Source of the DNA: an uncultured Gemmatimonadales bacterium
GTDB lineage: Bacteria; Gemmatimonadota; Gemmatimonadetes; Gemmatimonadales; Gemmatimonadaceae
NCBI GenBank assembly: GCA_963701965.1
Contig: OY969695.1
Coordinates: 4,704,001-4,768,000 of the forward strand
Direction: 5' to 3'
DNA length: 64,000 nt
Part shown: positions 43,465-53,352 of the stretch, in pieces
How positions within the stretch are numbered: the stretch's first letter is position 1
Layout: each line of letters starts with the position of its first letter
Position numbers and translations under genes: made by a program
Notes under the pieces: model-generated
Told to the model about the DNA's origin: nothing
The model's input: the letters and a program-made list of their open reading frames with translations, nothing else
The model's database searches: none

Positions 43465-44094
43465 ATGACAATGTGTGCAGGGCAGTGGACGAGACGGGCC
43501 GCTCTTCTGGTCCTGGCTCTCTTCTCGCCGCATCGGACGCTCGTGGCGCAGTCCACGGACTCCGCCGACGTCAAGTTCTTGCAAGGCATGATCGCGCACC
43601 ACGCCCAGGCTCTGGCTATGGTCGCGCTCATTCACGACCATACGACCAGTCCCCAACTACAGTTGATCGGCCAGCGGATCAAGATCTCGCAGCAGGACGA
43701 GATCGCGTTCATGCAGCAATGGCTCGAGGATCACCACCAAGTCGTTCCCACGGTCGACTCGAACAATGTCGCCCACATGCCCGGGGCGGCCATGGCGGGC
43801 ATGTCCATGCCGGGCATGACGATGATGATGCCGGGCATGTTGACGCCGGAGCAAATGCAGCAACTCGCCGCGGCCAAAGGCGCGGCGTTCGATCACCTGT
43901 TCCTCGAAGGGATGATCCGGCACCACCAAGGTGCCCTGTCCATGGTGAAGGACTTACTGGGCACGTCGGGTGCGGCGCAGGCGCCGGAGGTTTTCACGTT
44001 TGCCTCCGATGCCGACGCCGACCAGCGCGCCGAGATCAAGCGTATGCGCGCCGTATTGGAATCCACACATCAGACAGGAGATGCGAATCAATGA
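43465..44094 (+). CDS. DUF305 ferritin-like protein with Met-rich insert
   Basis: DVKFLQGMIAHHAQAL, MPGMLT, FDHLFLEGMIRHHQGAL. Confidence 0.9.
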   Translation: MTMCAGQWTRRAALLVLALFSPHRTLVAQSTDSADVKFLQGMIAHHAQALAMVALIHDHTTSPQLQLIGQRIKISQQDEIAFMQQWLEDHHQVVPTVDSNNVAHMPGAAMAGMSMPGMTMMMPGMLTPEQMQQLAAAKGAAFDHLFLEGMIRHHQGALSMVKDLLGTSGAAQAPEVFTFASDADADQRAEIKRMRAVLESTHQTGDANQ

Positions 44095-45863
44095 ACTGGC
44101 GTTCAGGCACAGGCTCTGCCGCCGTGGCTCTGCTCACTCTCGGGGGCGTCGCCGGAGCACAAACGGGCGGCTCCGGTTCCAGTGACCCGCGAGTAGGCCT
44201 CGCCGGAGGGCACTACGTCGAGGCCAGCTCGGCGATCAGCAATCTCGAGTTGGTGTCGCACTCCGACCGGCCCAAGGGATTCTTCAATCCCGGGAACCCG
44301 GGCGACTTCGGCGTCATCAACTCCGATCTCGCGTTCAGCGGGAAGTACGTGTTCCAGGGCAATTTCCACGGGATCCAGATCTGGGACATCTCCAATGTCC
44401 GGAATCCGGTCCTCAAGACGACCCTCGTGTGTCCCGGCGGCCAGGGCGACCCGTCGGTCTTCGGCAATCTGATGTTCATGTCGGTCGAGGAGACCCGCGG
44501 GCGGCTCGACTGCGGTACGCAGGGCGTGAAGGACTCGGTCAGTGCGGAGCGTTTCCGCGGCGTGCGCATATTCGACATCACGGATATCGAGCATCCCAAG
44601 CAGATCGCCGCCGTCCAGACGTGCCGCGGCTCGCACACGCACACACTGATCCCCGACCCCAAGGACAAGAACGTCCTCTACGTGTACGTCCAGGGCACGT
44701 CGCCCGTGCGCCCCGGTGCCGAGCTGGCCGGGTGCTCGGCGCTGCAGCCGGAGCAGGATCCCAACACGTCCCTGTTCCGCATCGAGATCATCCGCGTGCC
44801 GTTGGATGCGCCGCAGGACGCCAAGGTCATCAACGCGCCGCGCATCTTCGCCAACGCCGGCCAGATCAATGGTCTGTTCAAGGGCGGCAGCCACGGCGAA
44901 GGGACGCAGGTCGGCAACGTGACCGACCAGTGCCATGACATCACGGTCTATCCGGCGGTCGGCTTGGCGGCTGGCGCCTGCTCGGGGAACGGTATTCTCC
45001 TCGACATCCGCGACCCGGCCAATCCCAAGCGCGTCGCCGAGGTGACCGACCCGAACTTCGCCTACTTCCATTCGGCGACGTTCAGCAATGACGGGAAGAA
45101 GGTGATCTACACCGACGAATGGGGCGGCGGCACGCAGCCGCGGTGCCGGGCCAACGATCCGACGAAGTGGGGCGGCGACGCCATCTTCAACATCACGGCC
45201 GACAACAAACTGCAGTTGGGCGGATACTACAAGCTGCCGGCGCCGCAGACGGAGACGGAGAACTGCGTGGCGCACAACGGCTCGCTCATTCCGGTGCCGG
45301 GCCGCGATATCGCGGTGCAGGGCTGGTATCAGGGTGGCGTGTCGGTGTTCGATTTCAGCGATCCGGCCCACGCGACCGAGATTGCGTACTTCGATCGCGG
45401 CCCGCTGGATGTCAACCGCCTGATGATCGGCGGCGACTGGTCGGCCTACTGGTACAACGGCAACATCTTCGGCTCCGAGATCGCGCGCGGTCTCGACATC
45501 TTCGCGCTCAAGCCGAGCCAGTACCTGACCCAGAACGAGATCGACGCGGCGAGTCAGGTGCGGATCGGGACGTCGAACCCGTCGGATCAACCGAAGGTCA
45601 GTTGGACGCCGAGCTTTGTCGTCGCCCGTGCCTATCTCGATCAGCTCGAGCGTGGCAAGGGACTGGCCGCCGATAAGATCTCGGCGCTCCGGGACGATCT
45701 CGACAAAGCGGAGCACATGGACGCGTCGGCCCAGCGTGGCGCGTTGCAGAAGTTGGGCAAGCAGGCGGACGGCGACGCCAAGGGCGCGTCGGACGCCGAG
45801 CGCGTGCGTTGGTTGGCCGGCACCATCAAAGAGTTGGCGTCGGGCAAAGCGAACGGCGGCTGA
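44091..45863 (+). CDS. Secreted LVIVD-repeat beta-propeller protein
   Basis: AGGAG RBS, ATGA overlap with the DUF305 gene, signal peptide, QTCRGSHT, QCHDIT, FHSATF, ENCVAHNG. Confidence 0.88.
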   Translation: MNWRSGTGSAAVALLTLGGVAGAQTGGSGSSDPRVGLAGGHYVEASSAISNLELVSHSDRPKGFFNPGNPGDFGVINSDLAFSGKYVFQGNFHGIQIWDISNVRNPVLKTTLVCPGGQGDPSVFGNLMFMSVEETRGRLDCGTQGVKDSVSAERFRGVRIFDITDIEHPKQIAAVQTCRGSHTHTLIPDPKDKNVLYVYVQGTSPVRPGAELAGCSALQPEQDPNTSLFRIEIIRVPLDAPQDAKVINAPRIFANAGQINGLFKGGSHGEGTQVGNVTDQCHDITVYPAVGLAAGACSGNGILLDIRDPANPKRVAEVTDPNFAYFHSATFSNDGKKVIYTDEWGGGTQPRCRANDPTKWGGDAIFNITADNKLQLGGYYKLPAPQTETENCVAHNGSLIPVPGRDIAVQGWYQGGVSVFDFSDPAHATEIAYFDRGPLDVNRLMIGGDWSAYWYNGNIFGSEIARGLDIFALKPSQYLTQNEIDAASQVRIGTSNPSDQPKVSWTPSFVVARAYLDQLERGKGLAADKISALRDDLDKAEHMDASAQRGALQKLGKQADGDAKGASDAERVRWLAGTIKELASGKANGG

Positions 45864-45887
45864 TCGTCGGGCTCGTCGAGTCTGTCC

Positions 45888-45922
45888 CGGGGGCCTGGCG
45901 GCGAGTTGCCGTCGGGCCCCCG
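45888..45922. terminator. Hairpin between convergent genes
   Basis: CGGGGGCCTGGCGGC-GAGTT-GCCGTCGGGCCCCCG; no U-tract. Confidence 0.45.
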
Positions 45923-45929
45923 TGGCGCG

Positions 45930-48617
45930 TTAGTCCGCCCGCAACGCGACGTTGGGCGCGACGCGCGTAGCGCGGAGCGCCGGGATGACGGATGCCGCAA
46001 CGGCCGCGGTCAGGAGAATGCCCATGGCCGCCCCGAAAACCAGCGGATCCGTCGGCGGCTCCTGAAACAGCAGGGGAGCGACCCATCGGGCCAGCGCCAC
46101 CGCCACGATGCCCCCCAGCACGATCCCGGCAATGGCGAAGCGTACGCCGTCGGCCAGCACCAGCCACAGGATGTTGGCGGACCCCGCGCCCAGCGCCACC
46201 CGCACGCCCAGCTCGCGCGTGCGCTGGGCGACGCTATACGCGATCACGCTATAGAGTCCGATCGCGGCGAGCGCCAGGGCCAGGGCACCGAAGGCCACGA
46301 ACATTGTCGCGCCCAGTCGCCACGATTGCTGTTCCGGGCCGATAATGGTGCGCATCGGCATCACGGTGACGTAGGCGGCGCCCGGCATCAGCCGTTGCAG
46401 CCGGCGCCGCGTCGACTCGGCGATGACACGCGCGTCCTGCCGGGTCCTGACGAAGAGCCTCGCCTCCTCCGGATTCCACTGCCGGATGGGGAGATAGTAC
46501 TGGAGTCCGGGATCGTCCGTGAGGCTGCTCTGCTTGATGCCATCCGTGATGCCCACAACCGTCGTGCAGGGCATCGTGTCCGCGTCGACCTTGAGGCACT
46601 GGCCGATCGCGTCCCGATCCGGCCACAACGTGCGCGCCATAGGCTCGCTCACGAGCATCACCCGGAGGGCTCCCTCGCGATCCGCGTCCGTAAACCCGCG
46701 GCCCCGCACGACGCGCGTCCCGACGGTCTCGAAGTACTCCGACGACGCCGCCTGAATCGTGAATCGACCTGCCCGGGGGATCGAATCGCCGTTGGGGCGA
46801 AACAAGTCCAGGGTCCACGTGGTCCAGAATGGCACCGAAAACCCCAACGCCGCGTGCGCGATCCCCGGCATGCTCCGCACCTCGTCGAGCATCCGCTGCG
46901 CCAACTGGATGCGCTCCGGCGCAGTTGGCGTCGTGCCGCGCCACACCGGACTGATGTACAACAGCTGATCCACGTCGTAGCCCAACCGCAGCGTGCGCAC
47001 GTGATGCAGGCTGCGGACGAAGAGCCCGGCTCCGACGAGAAGAACCACAGACAGCACTCCCTGAAAGAGCAACAGCGCAACGCGCAAGCGGGAATGGTGT
47101 CGTCTCGTATCGCGCGCTCCATCCTGCATCGTTGCCGCCAGATTCGAGCGACCTGCATGCAGCGCCGGACCGATGCCCGTCAGCGAGGCGGCCGCGATCG
47201 CGCCGACGGCGGCGAAGATCAGCGTGCGGGTGTCGCCCCAGACATTGATCGCAACGTCCGGCAGAAACAGGACTCGCAGAACAGTGTCGGCGCCCGCGGC
47301 GATAACGACGCTGGCGAGGGCGCCCAAACCCGCGAACACGAGCGATTCCGTGAGCACTTGGGCGAACAGGCGGCCGCGGCTCACGCCGAGTGCCAGGCGC
47401 AGCGCGATCTCCCGACGACCTTGCATCGCGCGGAGAAGGAACAGGTTCGCGACGTTCGCGCAGGCTATGAGCAGTACGGCGACGGCGACGCCGCCAACCC
47501 ACAGGGCCACGCGGGCCACGCCGCTGGTGCGTGGACCGCGATCGACCTGGATCGGCCCGGCCAGGGCTCGCGGACGCGCGGCGCTGGCGGGCGAGACCGT
47601 TCGGGTCGTGGCCTCCGCCGCGTAGCTTCGCTGGAAGGCCTCGGTAAGGTCGCGCCCCGTCGCGTCCACGCTCACGCCGGATTTTCGGCGCGCGAGCATC
47701 TCCATCCACTGCCAGTTGTACTTGGTGTAATAGTCGCTCGGATTCTTGAACAAGCCGACCGTGGACGCGTAGCTCGTGATCGGGATGAAGAGCGCGGCGG
47801 GCCGCCCGGCATCAATGCCGGCGAATCCCGGAGGCGCGACGCCGATGATCGTGCACGAAAGCGCGCCTACTTTGAGCACGGTGCCGAGGATGTCCCGCCG
47901 TCCGCCATAGTGGGCCTGCCAGAACGCCGACCCGATGACGACGACCGGGGCGCTGGCCCCAATGCTGTCCTCGTGCTCCGTAAAGAAGCGTCCGATGACG
48001 GGCTGGACATCGAAGAACGCGAAATAGCTCGCGCTCGCGATGCCGACTTCCATCTCGCGGGTGTCCTCGCCGCTGCCGACTGCCAGCGTGCTCGATTGAA
48101 ACGCCGCGGTTTGCTCCAGTGCCGTGGACCAACGCCGCAGGTCGCGGTACCGCGTGTACGACATGTGACTCTCGGGCTGGTCGAGGTCGTCGCCGTGCTG
48201 GATCAGATACACCCGGTGCACGAACGCCGGCGACCGGAGGAACCCCGGCGGGCGGAAGAGCAGGCGGTCGACGATGCCGAACATCGCGACGTTGGCGCCG
48301 AGTCCGAGTCCGAGCGTCAAGATGACGGCGACGGCGAAACCCGGACGCCGGCGTATGCGGCGCACGGCATAGCGCACATCTTGGATGCGCCGTTCGAGCC
48401 ACCGCAGACCCCGCGCGTCGCGCGCGTCGTCCTTGATCCGCGCGACACCGCCGAACGCGAGCCGCGCCCGCCGCGTCGCTTCGGCCTCCGTCATCCCCTC
48501 GGCGCAGTGTTGCGCGATCGCCTGGGCGAGATGAAAAGCGAGCTCCTCATCCAGCTCGCGCTCGACGACGTGCCGGCGAAAGAGCGCCCGGAGCCGGTAC
48601 CGGAGATCGCTGAGCAT
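45930..48617 (-). CDS. ADOP-family ABC permease (no adjacent padR)
   Basis: MLSDLRYRLRALFRR..ELDEEL, LLIACANVANLFLLR, SWRLGATMF; close paralog of 40690-43416. Confidence 0.92.
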   Translation of the reverse strand: MLSDLRYRLRALFRRHVVERELDEELAFHLAQAIAQHCAEGMTEAEATRRARLAFGGVARIKDDARDARGLRWLERRIQDVRYAVRRIRRRPGFAVAVILTLGLGLGANVAMFGIVDRLLFRPPGFLRSPAFVHRVYLIQHGDDLDQPESHMSYTRYRDLRRWSTALEQTAAFQSSTLAVGSGEDTREMEVGIASASYFAFFDVQPVIGRFFTEHEDSIGASAPVVVIGSAFWQAHYGGRRDILGTVLKVGALSCTIIGVAPPGFAGIDAGRPAALFIPITSYASTVGLFKNPSDYYTKYNWQWMEMLARRKSGVSVDATGRDLTEAFQRSYAAEATTRTVSPASAARPRALAGPIQVDRGPRTSGVARVALWVGGVAVAVLLIACANVANLFLLRAMQGRREIALRLALGVSRGRLFAQVLTESLVFAGLGALASVVIAAGADTVLRVLFLPDVAINVWGDTRTLIFAAVGAIAAASLTGIGPALHAGRSNLAATMQDGARDTRRHHSRLRVALLLFQGVLSVVLLVGAGLFVRSLHHVRTLRLGYDVDQLLYISPVWRGTTPTAPERIQLAQRMLDEVRSMPGIAHAALGFSVPFWTTWTLDLFRPNGDSIPRAGRFTIQAASSEYFETVGTRVVRGRGFTDADREGALRVMLVSEPMARTLWPDRDAIGQCLKVDADTMPCTTVVGITDGIKQSSLTDDPGLQYYLPIRQWNPEEARLFVRTRQDARVIAESTRRRLQRLMPGAAYVTVMPMRTIIGPEQQSWRLGATMFVAFGALALALAAIGLYSVIAYSVAQRTRELGVRVALGAGSANILWLVLADGVRFAIAGIVLGGIVAVALARWVAPLLFQEPPTDPLVFGAAMGILLTAAVAASVIPALRATRVAPNVALRAD

Positions 48618-48635
48618 GCCCTATATATGTCGGCG

Positions 48636-48653
48636 TCCTGTAGAAGCGCAAGG
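48636..48653 (-). promoter_or_regulatory. PadR-operator-like site upstream of the orphan ADOP permease
   Basis: Minus strand CCTTGCGCTTCTACAGGA, 15/18 identical to CCTTGTACTTCTACAAGA at 40324-40341. Confidence 0.6.
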
Positions 48654-48661
48654 TGAGCGAT

Positions 48662-49675
48662 TCAGGTGCGGCGCAGCAGTCGCAGCGCCGATCGGCCCTC
48701 GGCCGGCAGTTGGTCCATGGTACATTGGCGCGGCGCTTTGTCGGGACGCCAACGGTGGAACGTCGTGCCGTGGCGAAACCGCCCTTCGCTGAAGTGATCG
48801 TAGGCCACTTCGACGACGAGCGTCGGGTCGACGGCGATCCACTCCGCCGAGCGCGCCGTGCTCCATCGACTGGGGCCGCCCGGCGCGCGTCCCGTGAAGC
48901 CCGATCCTCCGGTGACGGGCGCGAGCACGCCAGCCAACGTCGCCCGTTCGGCGGCGGTGAAGGATGACGTGAATCCGACATGGTGGAGCAGCCCCGCGTC
49001 GTCATACAGCCCGAGGAGCAAAGACCCGACAGCGCGGCCGCGCGAGGCGCGCCGGAATCCCCCCACCACGCAGTCCGCGGTCCGGATGAATTTGACCTTT
49101 TGCATCCCGGTCCGTTCGCCGGACTGATATGGGAGATCAGCCCGCTTGGCGACGACGCCGTCCAACCCGGTCCGTTCGCCACCCAGCCAACGCCGGGCCA
49201 TGGCCACACTCCGGGTCACCGGCGAGAGGCGCAGGGTCTTGGCCGCGCCATAGCGTGCCCACGACGCTTCGAGTCTCTCCCGACGATCGGCCAGCGGCCG
49301 GTCGACGAGCGATCCCCGGCCATCCGCGAGCAGATCGAACACGATGAGCCAAGCGGGAGTCAAGGACGCGAGCATCCGGACCCGGCTCGCCGCGGGATGG
49401 ATGCGTTGCAGGAGTTGGTCGAACGAGAGTGCCCCGTGCGCGGGCACCACGATCTCGCCATCGAGCACGAAGCGCGTGCCGCCGACCTCGCCGATGGCCG
49501 CCGCGACGTCGGGAAAGTAGCGCGTCAGCGGTTTGCCGGATTTCGACATCAACGTCACGCGGTCGCCGTCGCGATACGCGAGGCAGCGAAAGCCATCCCA
49601 CTTTGGCTCGTACCACCACTCGCGGCCGACCGGCAACTCATCGACCGGCTTGGCCTCCATCGCTTCGTATCGCAT
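48662..49675 (-). CDS. ligC: ATP-dependent DNA ligase, LigC-type
   Basis: YEPKWDGFR, LDGEIV, QRIHPAASRV, DGVVAKR, RTADCVVGGFR, RFRHGT..WRPDK. Confidence 0.9.
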   Translation of the reverse strand: MRYEAMEAKPVDELPVGREWWYEPKWDGFRCLAYRDGDRVTLMSKSGKPLTRYFPDVAAAIGEVGGTRFVLDGEIVVPAHGALSFDQLLQRIHPAASRVRMLASLTPAWLIVFDLLADGRGSLVDRPLADRRERLEASWARYGAAKTLRLSPVTRSVAMARRWLGGERTGLDGVVAKRADLPYQSGERTGMQKVKFIRTADCVVGGFRRASRGRAVGSLLLGLYDDAGLLHHVGFTSSFTAAERATLAGVLAPVTGGSGFTGRAPGGPSRWSTARSAEWIAVDPTLVVEVAYDHFSEGRFRHGTTFHRWRPDKAPRQCTMDQLPAEGRSALRLLRRT

Positions 49676-49782
49676 GTCCCATTTAGTGGACAAAAACGGA
49701 CGTCGGGGCCGGTTAGAGGCACCCTGCGTTGCAGGCTCGGCTGGCCCGGCACGTGCCCTACTACGAGCCCAACGGAGGAAGC

Positions 49783-50322
49783 ATGATCAAAACATTCGGC
49801 TTTCTGGCGGTGTGCGCCGTTGGGATGGTGTCGGTACCCGCTGTGGCGCAATCCTCGCGCCCGGGCGGCGGCGATCATCACGAAGCACCGGCGCATCATA
49901 TTCCCGATCACGGGCCCCCGGCAATGCGCGAGCCGCACGCGCCTCCGGCCGAGCATCGCGACTACCGCAATGGGCCCGGGCATCCAAACGCGCCGCACGT
50001 GCACGACGACGGGCGGTGGATCGGACACGAGTCCGGGCGCAACGACGTGCACTATCACCTCGATCGCCCGTGGGAACACGGGCATTTCCGCGGGGATCTC
50101 GGCCCGTCGCACATCTATCGGTTAGGTGGCGGCACCCGCGAGCGGTTCGCGTTCGGCGGCGTGTTCTTCAGCGTCGCCCCGTACGACTATGACTACGCCA
50201 ACGATTGGCTCTGGGACGCCGACAACATCGTGATCTACGACGATCCCGACCATGACGGCTGGTACCTGGCCTACAACGTGAGACTGGGCACGTACGTGCA
50301 CGTGGAGTACCTCGGCGGCTAA
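49783..50322 (+). CDS. Secreted His/Pro-rich hypothetical protein
   Basis: GGAGG RBS, signal peptide, His-rich N-terminal half, aromatic/acidic C-terminus (YDDPDHDGWYLAYNVRLGTYVHVEYLG). Confidence 0.8.
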   Translation: MIKTFGFLAVCAVGMVSVPAVAQSSRPGGGDHHEAPAHHIPDHGPPAMREPHAPPAEHRDYRNGPGHPNAPHVHDDGRWIGHESGRNDVHYHLDRPWEHGHFRGDLGPSHIYRLGGGTRERFAFGGVFFSVAPYDYDYANDWLWDADNIVIYDDPDHDGWYLAYNVRLGTYVHVEYLGG

Positions 50323-50399
50323 CGCCACAACGGGTGGGCGCACGGCCATCGTGGGTGCTAGCATACGAGAACCGTATTCTGGCACCCACGAGGCCTCTC

Positions 50400-51138
50400 A
50401 TGGATCGCGCGCATTTTTACGCTACAATGAACGGAGAAGGGACGCTCGACTACGAGCGCTACCTGAACACCAAGGTGTTGCTCTCCGCCCAGAAGGATTT
50501 CGCAGCGTTCTGCAATGCCGACGAGCTGCAATTTCAGATCGTCCATCAGGTCGAAGAGCTGTGGATGAAGCTGATCGGCTATACGCTCCTCGATATCAAT
50601 GACTATCTGCAGCAGGAGAACACCAACCGCATCGTCACGCTGTTTCGCCGCGTGCACCTCGCGCTCCGCCTCATGATCGAACAGCTGGCGCTGCTGGAGA
50701 CAATGTCGCCGCGGGAGTACCAGGAGATCCGCTTGCAGCTGGGGAACGGCAGCGGCCAGGAATCGCCCGGCTTCCGGACGATCATCAAGATGCCGGGACA
50801 TCTCTGGGAGTCGTTCAAGAGCGCCTATCTCGACCGCCACGGCCTCACTATCGAGAAGATCTACAACTCCGAATATGCGCACGGGGACGCCTACGTCGTC
50901 GCCGAGGCGCTCGCCGAATTCGACGAGCTGTTCCAGCGGTTCCGGTTCTGCCACATGCAATTGATCCAGCGCACGATCGGCTTCGGCGCCAAGTCACTCA
51001 AAGGCCGGCCCGTCGACCGGCTGGTGGAGGGCCAGAACGTCAAATTCTTCCCGGAGCTATGGGAGATCCGGAACCAGAATGACCGACGCGTGGGGCGGCC
51101 AGTACGGCGTCGTCCGGGACTCCCTGGGCGCGCACTGA
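50400..51138 (+). CDS. Tryptophan 2,3-dioxygenase-family protein (frameshift at about 51078)
   Basis: DYERYL, DELQFQIVHQVEELWMK, GSGQESPGF, FFPELWEIR; the likely true C-terminus MTDAWGGQYGVVRDSLGAH is in the +1 frame. Confidence 0.85.
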
Positions 51139-53256
51139 TCAGCGGAGCAGGTCGACGCGCCAGCTGAATTCCTCCGCCAGAGACCCGCTCCACCCCTCGC
51201 GGACGAACGCCAGGCGGCCGGTGCGGTCCAGGAACCAGGTCGTGGGGAACCCGCGAATCCCGATCCGTTCGACGTAGGCGTTGTCGACGAGAATCGGAAA
51301 TGACAGGTGTCGCCGCGCGACGAATTGCTCGGCGGCCGGCGGCTCGTCGAGATAGTCGACCGCGAGCACGACGACCGACGTGTCCTGGCGGATGCTCTCG
51401 TACCATCGCGCGAACTCCGGCATCTCGGCCACACATTCGGCGCACCAGGCGCCCCAGAAATGGAGTACCACGATCTTGCCGCGGACCGCGTCGCTGGTCA
51501 CCGTGCTGTCGCTGCCCAAGCGCGTCAGGTGGAAGGCGGGCACCAGCGCCGGCGTCCGCAGCCGGGACGCCGCGACCATCGCGCGGCGCCGCCGGCGGTC
51601 CTCGACGCTCAGGGAGTCCACGTACGCCGCGAAGTCGGGCGGCGCGCCGCCGCGCGCCGCGAAAAGGCGCCGCAGCGCATCGCCATTTCTGGTCCCGTCG
51701 AATCCGTGGTTGATGAGCTCCATCTGGTGGCCGGTCACATAGCGCTGCTGCGCCAACCGGCGCCGCCCATCCGCCTCGGCCACGCGTCCCATGTGGTAGT
51801 ACACGAGGGGATTGGCCGAGTCCGCGGACTTGGCCTCGGTGAGGAGGCGCCGCGCGTCGGCGATCCGTCCTTCGTTGAAGTACACCCACCCGAGCGCATC
51901 GCGCTCCTCACCGGTGAGCCGCGCCCACTCTTGCGCGCGCTGGAGCGGATTGAGGCGATCGAAGCGTGGCGCGAAATCCCGGTGGAAGATCGAATCCCCG
52001 CCGCGGGCCAGTCCCTCGGCGTACCGTAAGGCAATGCGACGGTCGGCGAGGGTCAGTGGCGCGAAGACGTACAACCACTGCGGGTTGGCGTTGTTGTAGC
52101 GTACCATGCCCTGCACGTTGCGCAGCACTTCGGCGCTAGAGACCGTCGAGTCGTGCGCCTCGCTGGCGAACAGCTCGAAATACGCGGCGCCCCGCATCAG
52201 GCTCTCGTGGTGCGTGGAGGGCTCCACGAAAGCCGAGAGGCGCGCCCGGTAGACGGACACGGTGTCCTTGGCCTTGCGCACGCGTTGCATGCGAAGATAG
52301 TCCGCGAAGGGACTTTCGGGGTGCTCTCGCAGGAGCCGATCGTGCAACGCCTGGGCGCGAGAGGTGTCGCCGAGCAGATCGTAGCCGTCCGCCGCGTGAA
52401 AGAGTGCGGATGCCGCTGCGTCGCGGCGGCCAAGCAACCCCGCGATGTCGTCGATGACCGCGGTCTGGGGTCTGTGGGCGCGGATGAGCGCCTGCCAGTA
52501 GTCCGAGTGGATGCCGGCGGCGTATGGCGCGTGCGCGGCGGCGCGGGCCAGGGCGGCTATGTCCCCGGTGTCGCTCATCCCCCGTCTGTCGTAGATGGCC
52601 TGGAAGTAGTCGGCGTCGACGTTGGTCGAGTCCAGCCGCCGCGCGGCCGCGAACGCGGCCTCGGCCCGGTCCCAGGTCGCCGAGTCGCCCGGGAGAAAGA
52701 ACGCCACTTGGCTCAGGGCCGCACCCTCCAGGGCGTACAGCTCCGCGGACTCCGGTACGCCCCGAAGTTGTCCCGAGTCGAGGGCCGCTACTGCCGCCGC
52801 GCCTCGCTGGTGCGTGAAGAGCGCGAAGGCGTAGGCCCAGAGGAAATCCGGCTCAGGCGATCCCCTGGTCGCTAGGGCGTGGCCGAGGGCAATCGCTTGG
52901 TAGTCATCGGGTCCCTCGGCGAGGGCCACGACGCGGGCAAACACGCGCCAGAGAGACGTCTTCGGGATCGAGTCAGCGGCGGCCAGGGCCTCGTCGGCCA
53001 GCCCGTACCGCGCCTCGTTGGCCACGAACCACGCCAGGAACTCAGGTGTCTTGGCCGTCTGGGGCGCCGCCAACCCGGCCCGGTAGCCCCCCTCGAAATC
53101 GTGCTGGAAGAACAGCGTCCGCAGGTCGGCGGCCGACTGGGCACCCGCCGGGAAAGCGAGAACCATCGCTGCGATTGCGGGAGCCACGGATTGGCCATAT
53201 CGTCTGAGGCTGCGGTGACGCGCTGGCCCAGACGTTACAGTTGTGACGGGGGTCAC
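51139..53256 (-). CDS. Secreted TPR-like protein with C-terminal TlpA-type thioredoxin domain
   Basis: Signal-like segment, DALGWVYF TPR, GKIVVLHFWGAWCAECVAEMP, GFPTTWFLDR; start uncertain. Confidence 0.8.
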   Translation of the reverse strand: MTPVTTVTSGPARHRSLRRYGQSVAPAIAAMVLAFPAGAQSAADLRTLFFQHDFEGGYRAGLAAPQTAKTPEFLAWFVANEARYGLADEALAAADSIPKTSLWRVFARVVALAEGPDDYQAIALGHALATRGSPEPDFLWAYAFALFTHQRGAAAVAALDSGQLRGVPESAELYALEGAALSQVAFFLPGDSATWDRAEAAFAAARRLDSTNVDADYFQAIYDRRGMSDTGDIAALARAAAHAPYAAGIHSDYWQALIRAHRPQTAVIDDIAGLLGRRDAAASALFHAADGYDLLGDTSRAQALHDRLLREHPESPFADYLRMQRVRKAKDTVSVYRARLSAFVEPSTHHESLMRGAAYFELFASEAHDSTVSSAEVLRNVQGMVRYNNANPQWLYVFAPLTLADRRIALRYAEGLARGGDSIFHRDFAPRFDRLNPLQRAQEWARLTGEERDALGWVYFNEGRIADARRLLTEAKSADSANPLVYYHMGRVAEADGRRRLAQQRYVTGHQMELINHGFDGTRNGDALRRLFAARGGAPPDFAAYVDSLSVEDRRRRRAMVAASRLRTPALVPAFHLTRLGSDSTVTSDAVRGKIVVLHFWGAWCAECVAEMPEFARWYESIRQDTSVVVLAVDYLDEPPAAEQFVARRHLSFPILVDNAYVERIGIRGFPTTWFLDRTGRLAFVREGWSGSLAEEFSWRVDLLR

Positions 53257-53352
53257 GCGATAAGCTGTGGTGAGGCGTTCTCTTACGTTATGTGCACGAC
53301 AGTACCCGCCGCCAGTTGACTAAAACGCAGCACGAGCCGGAGGGCTCCTACC

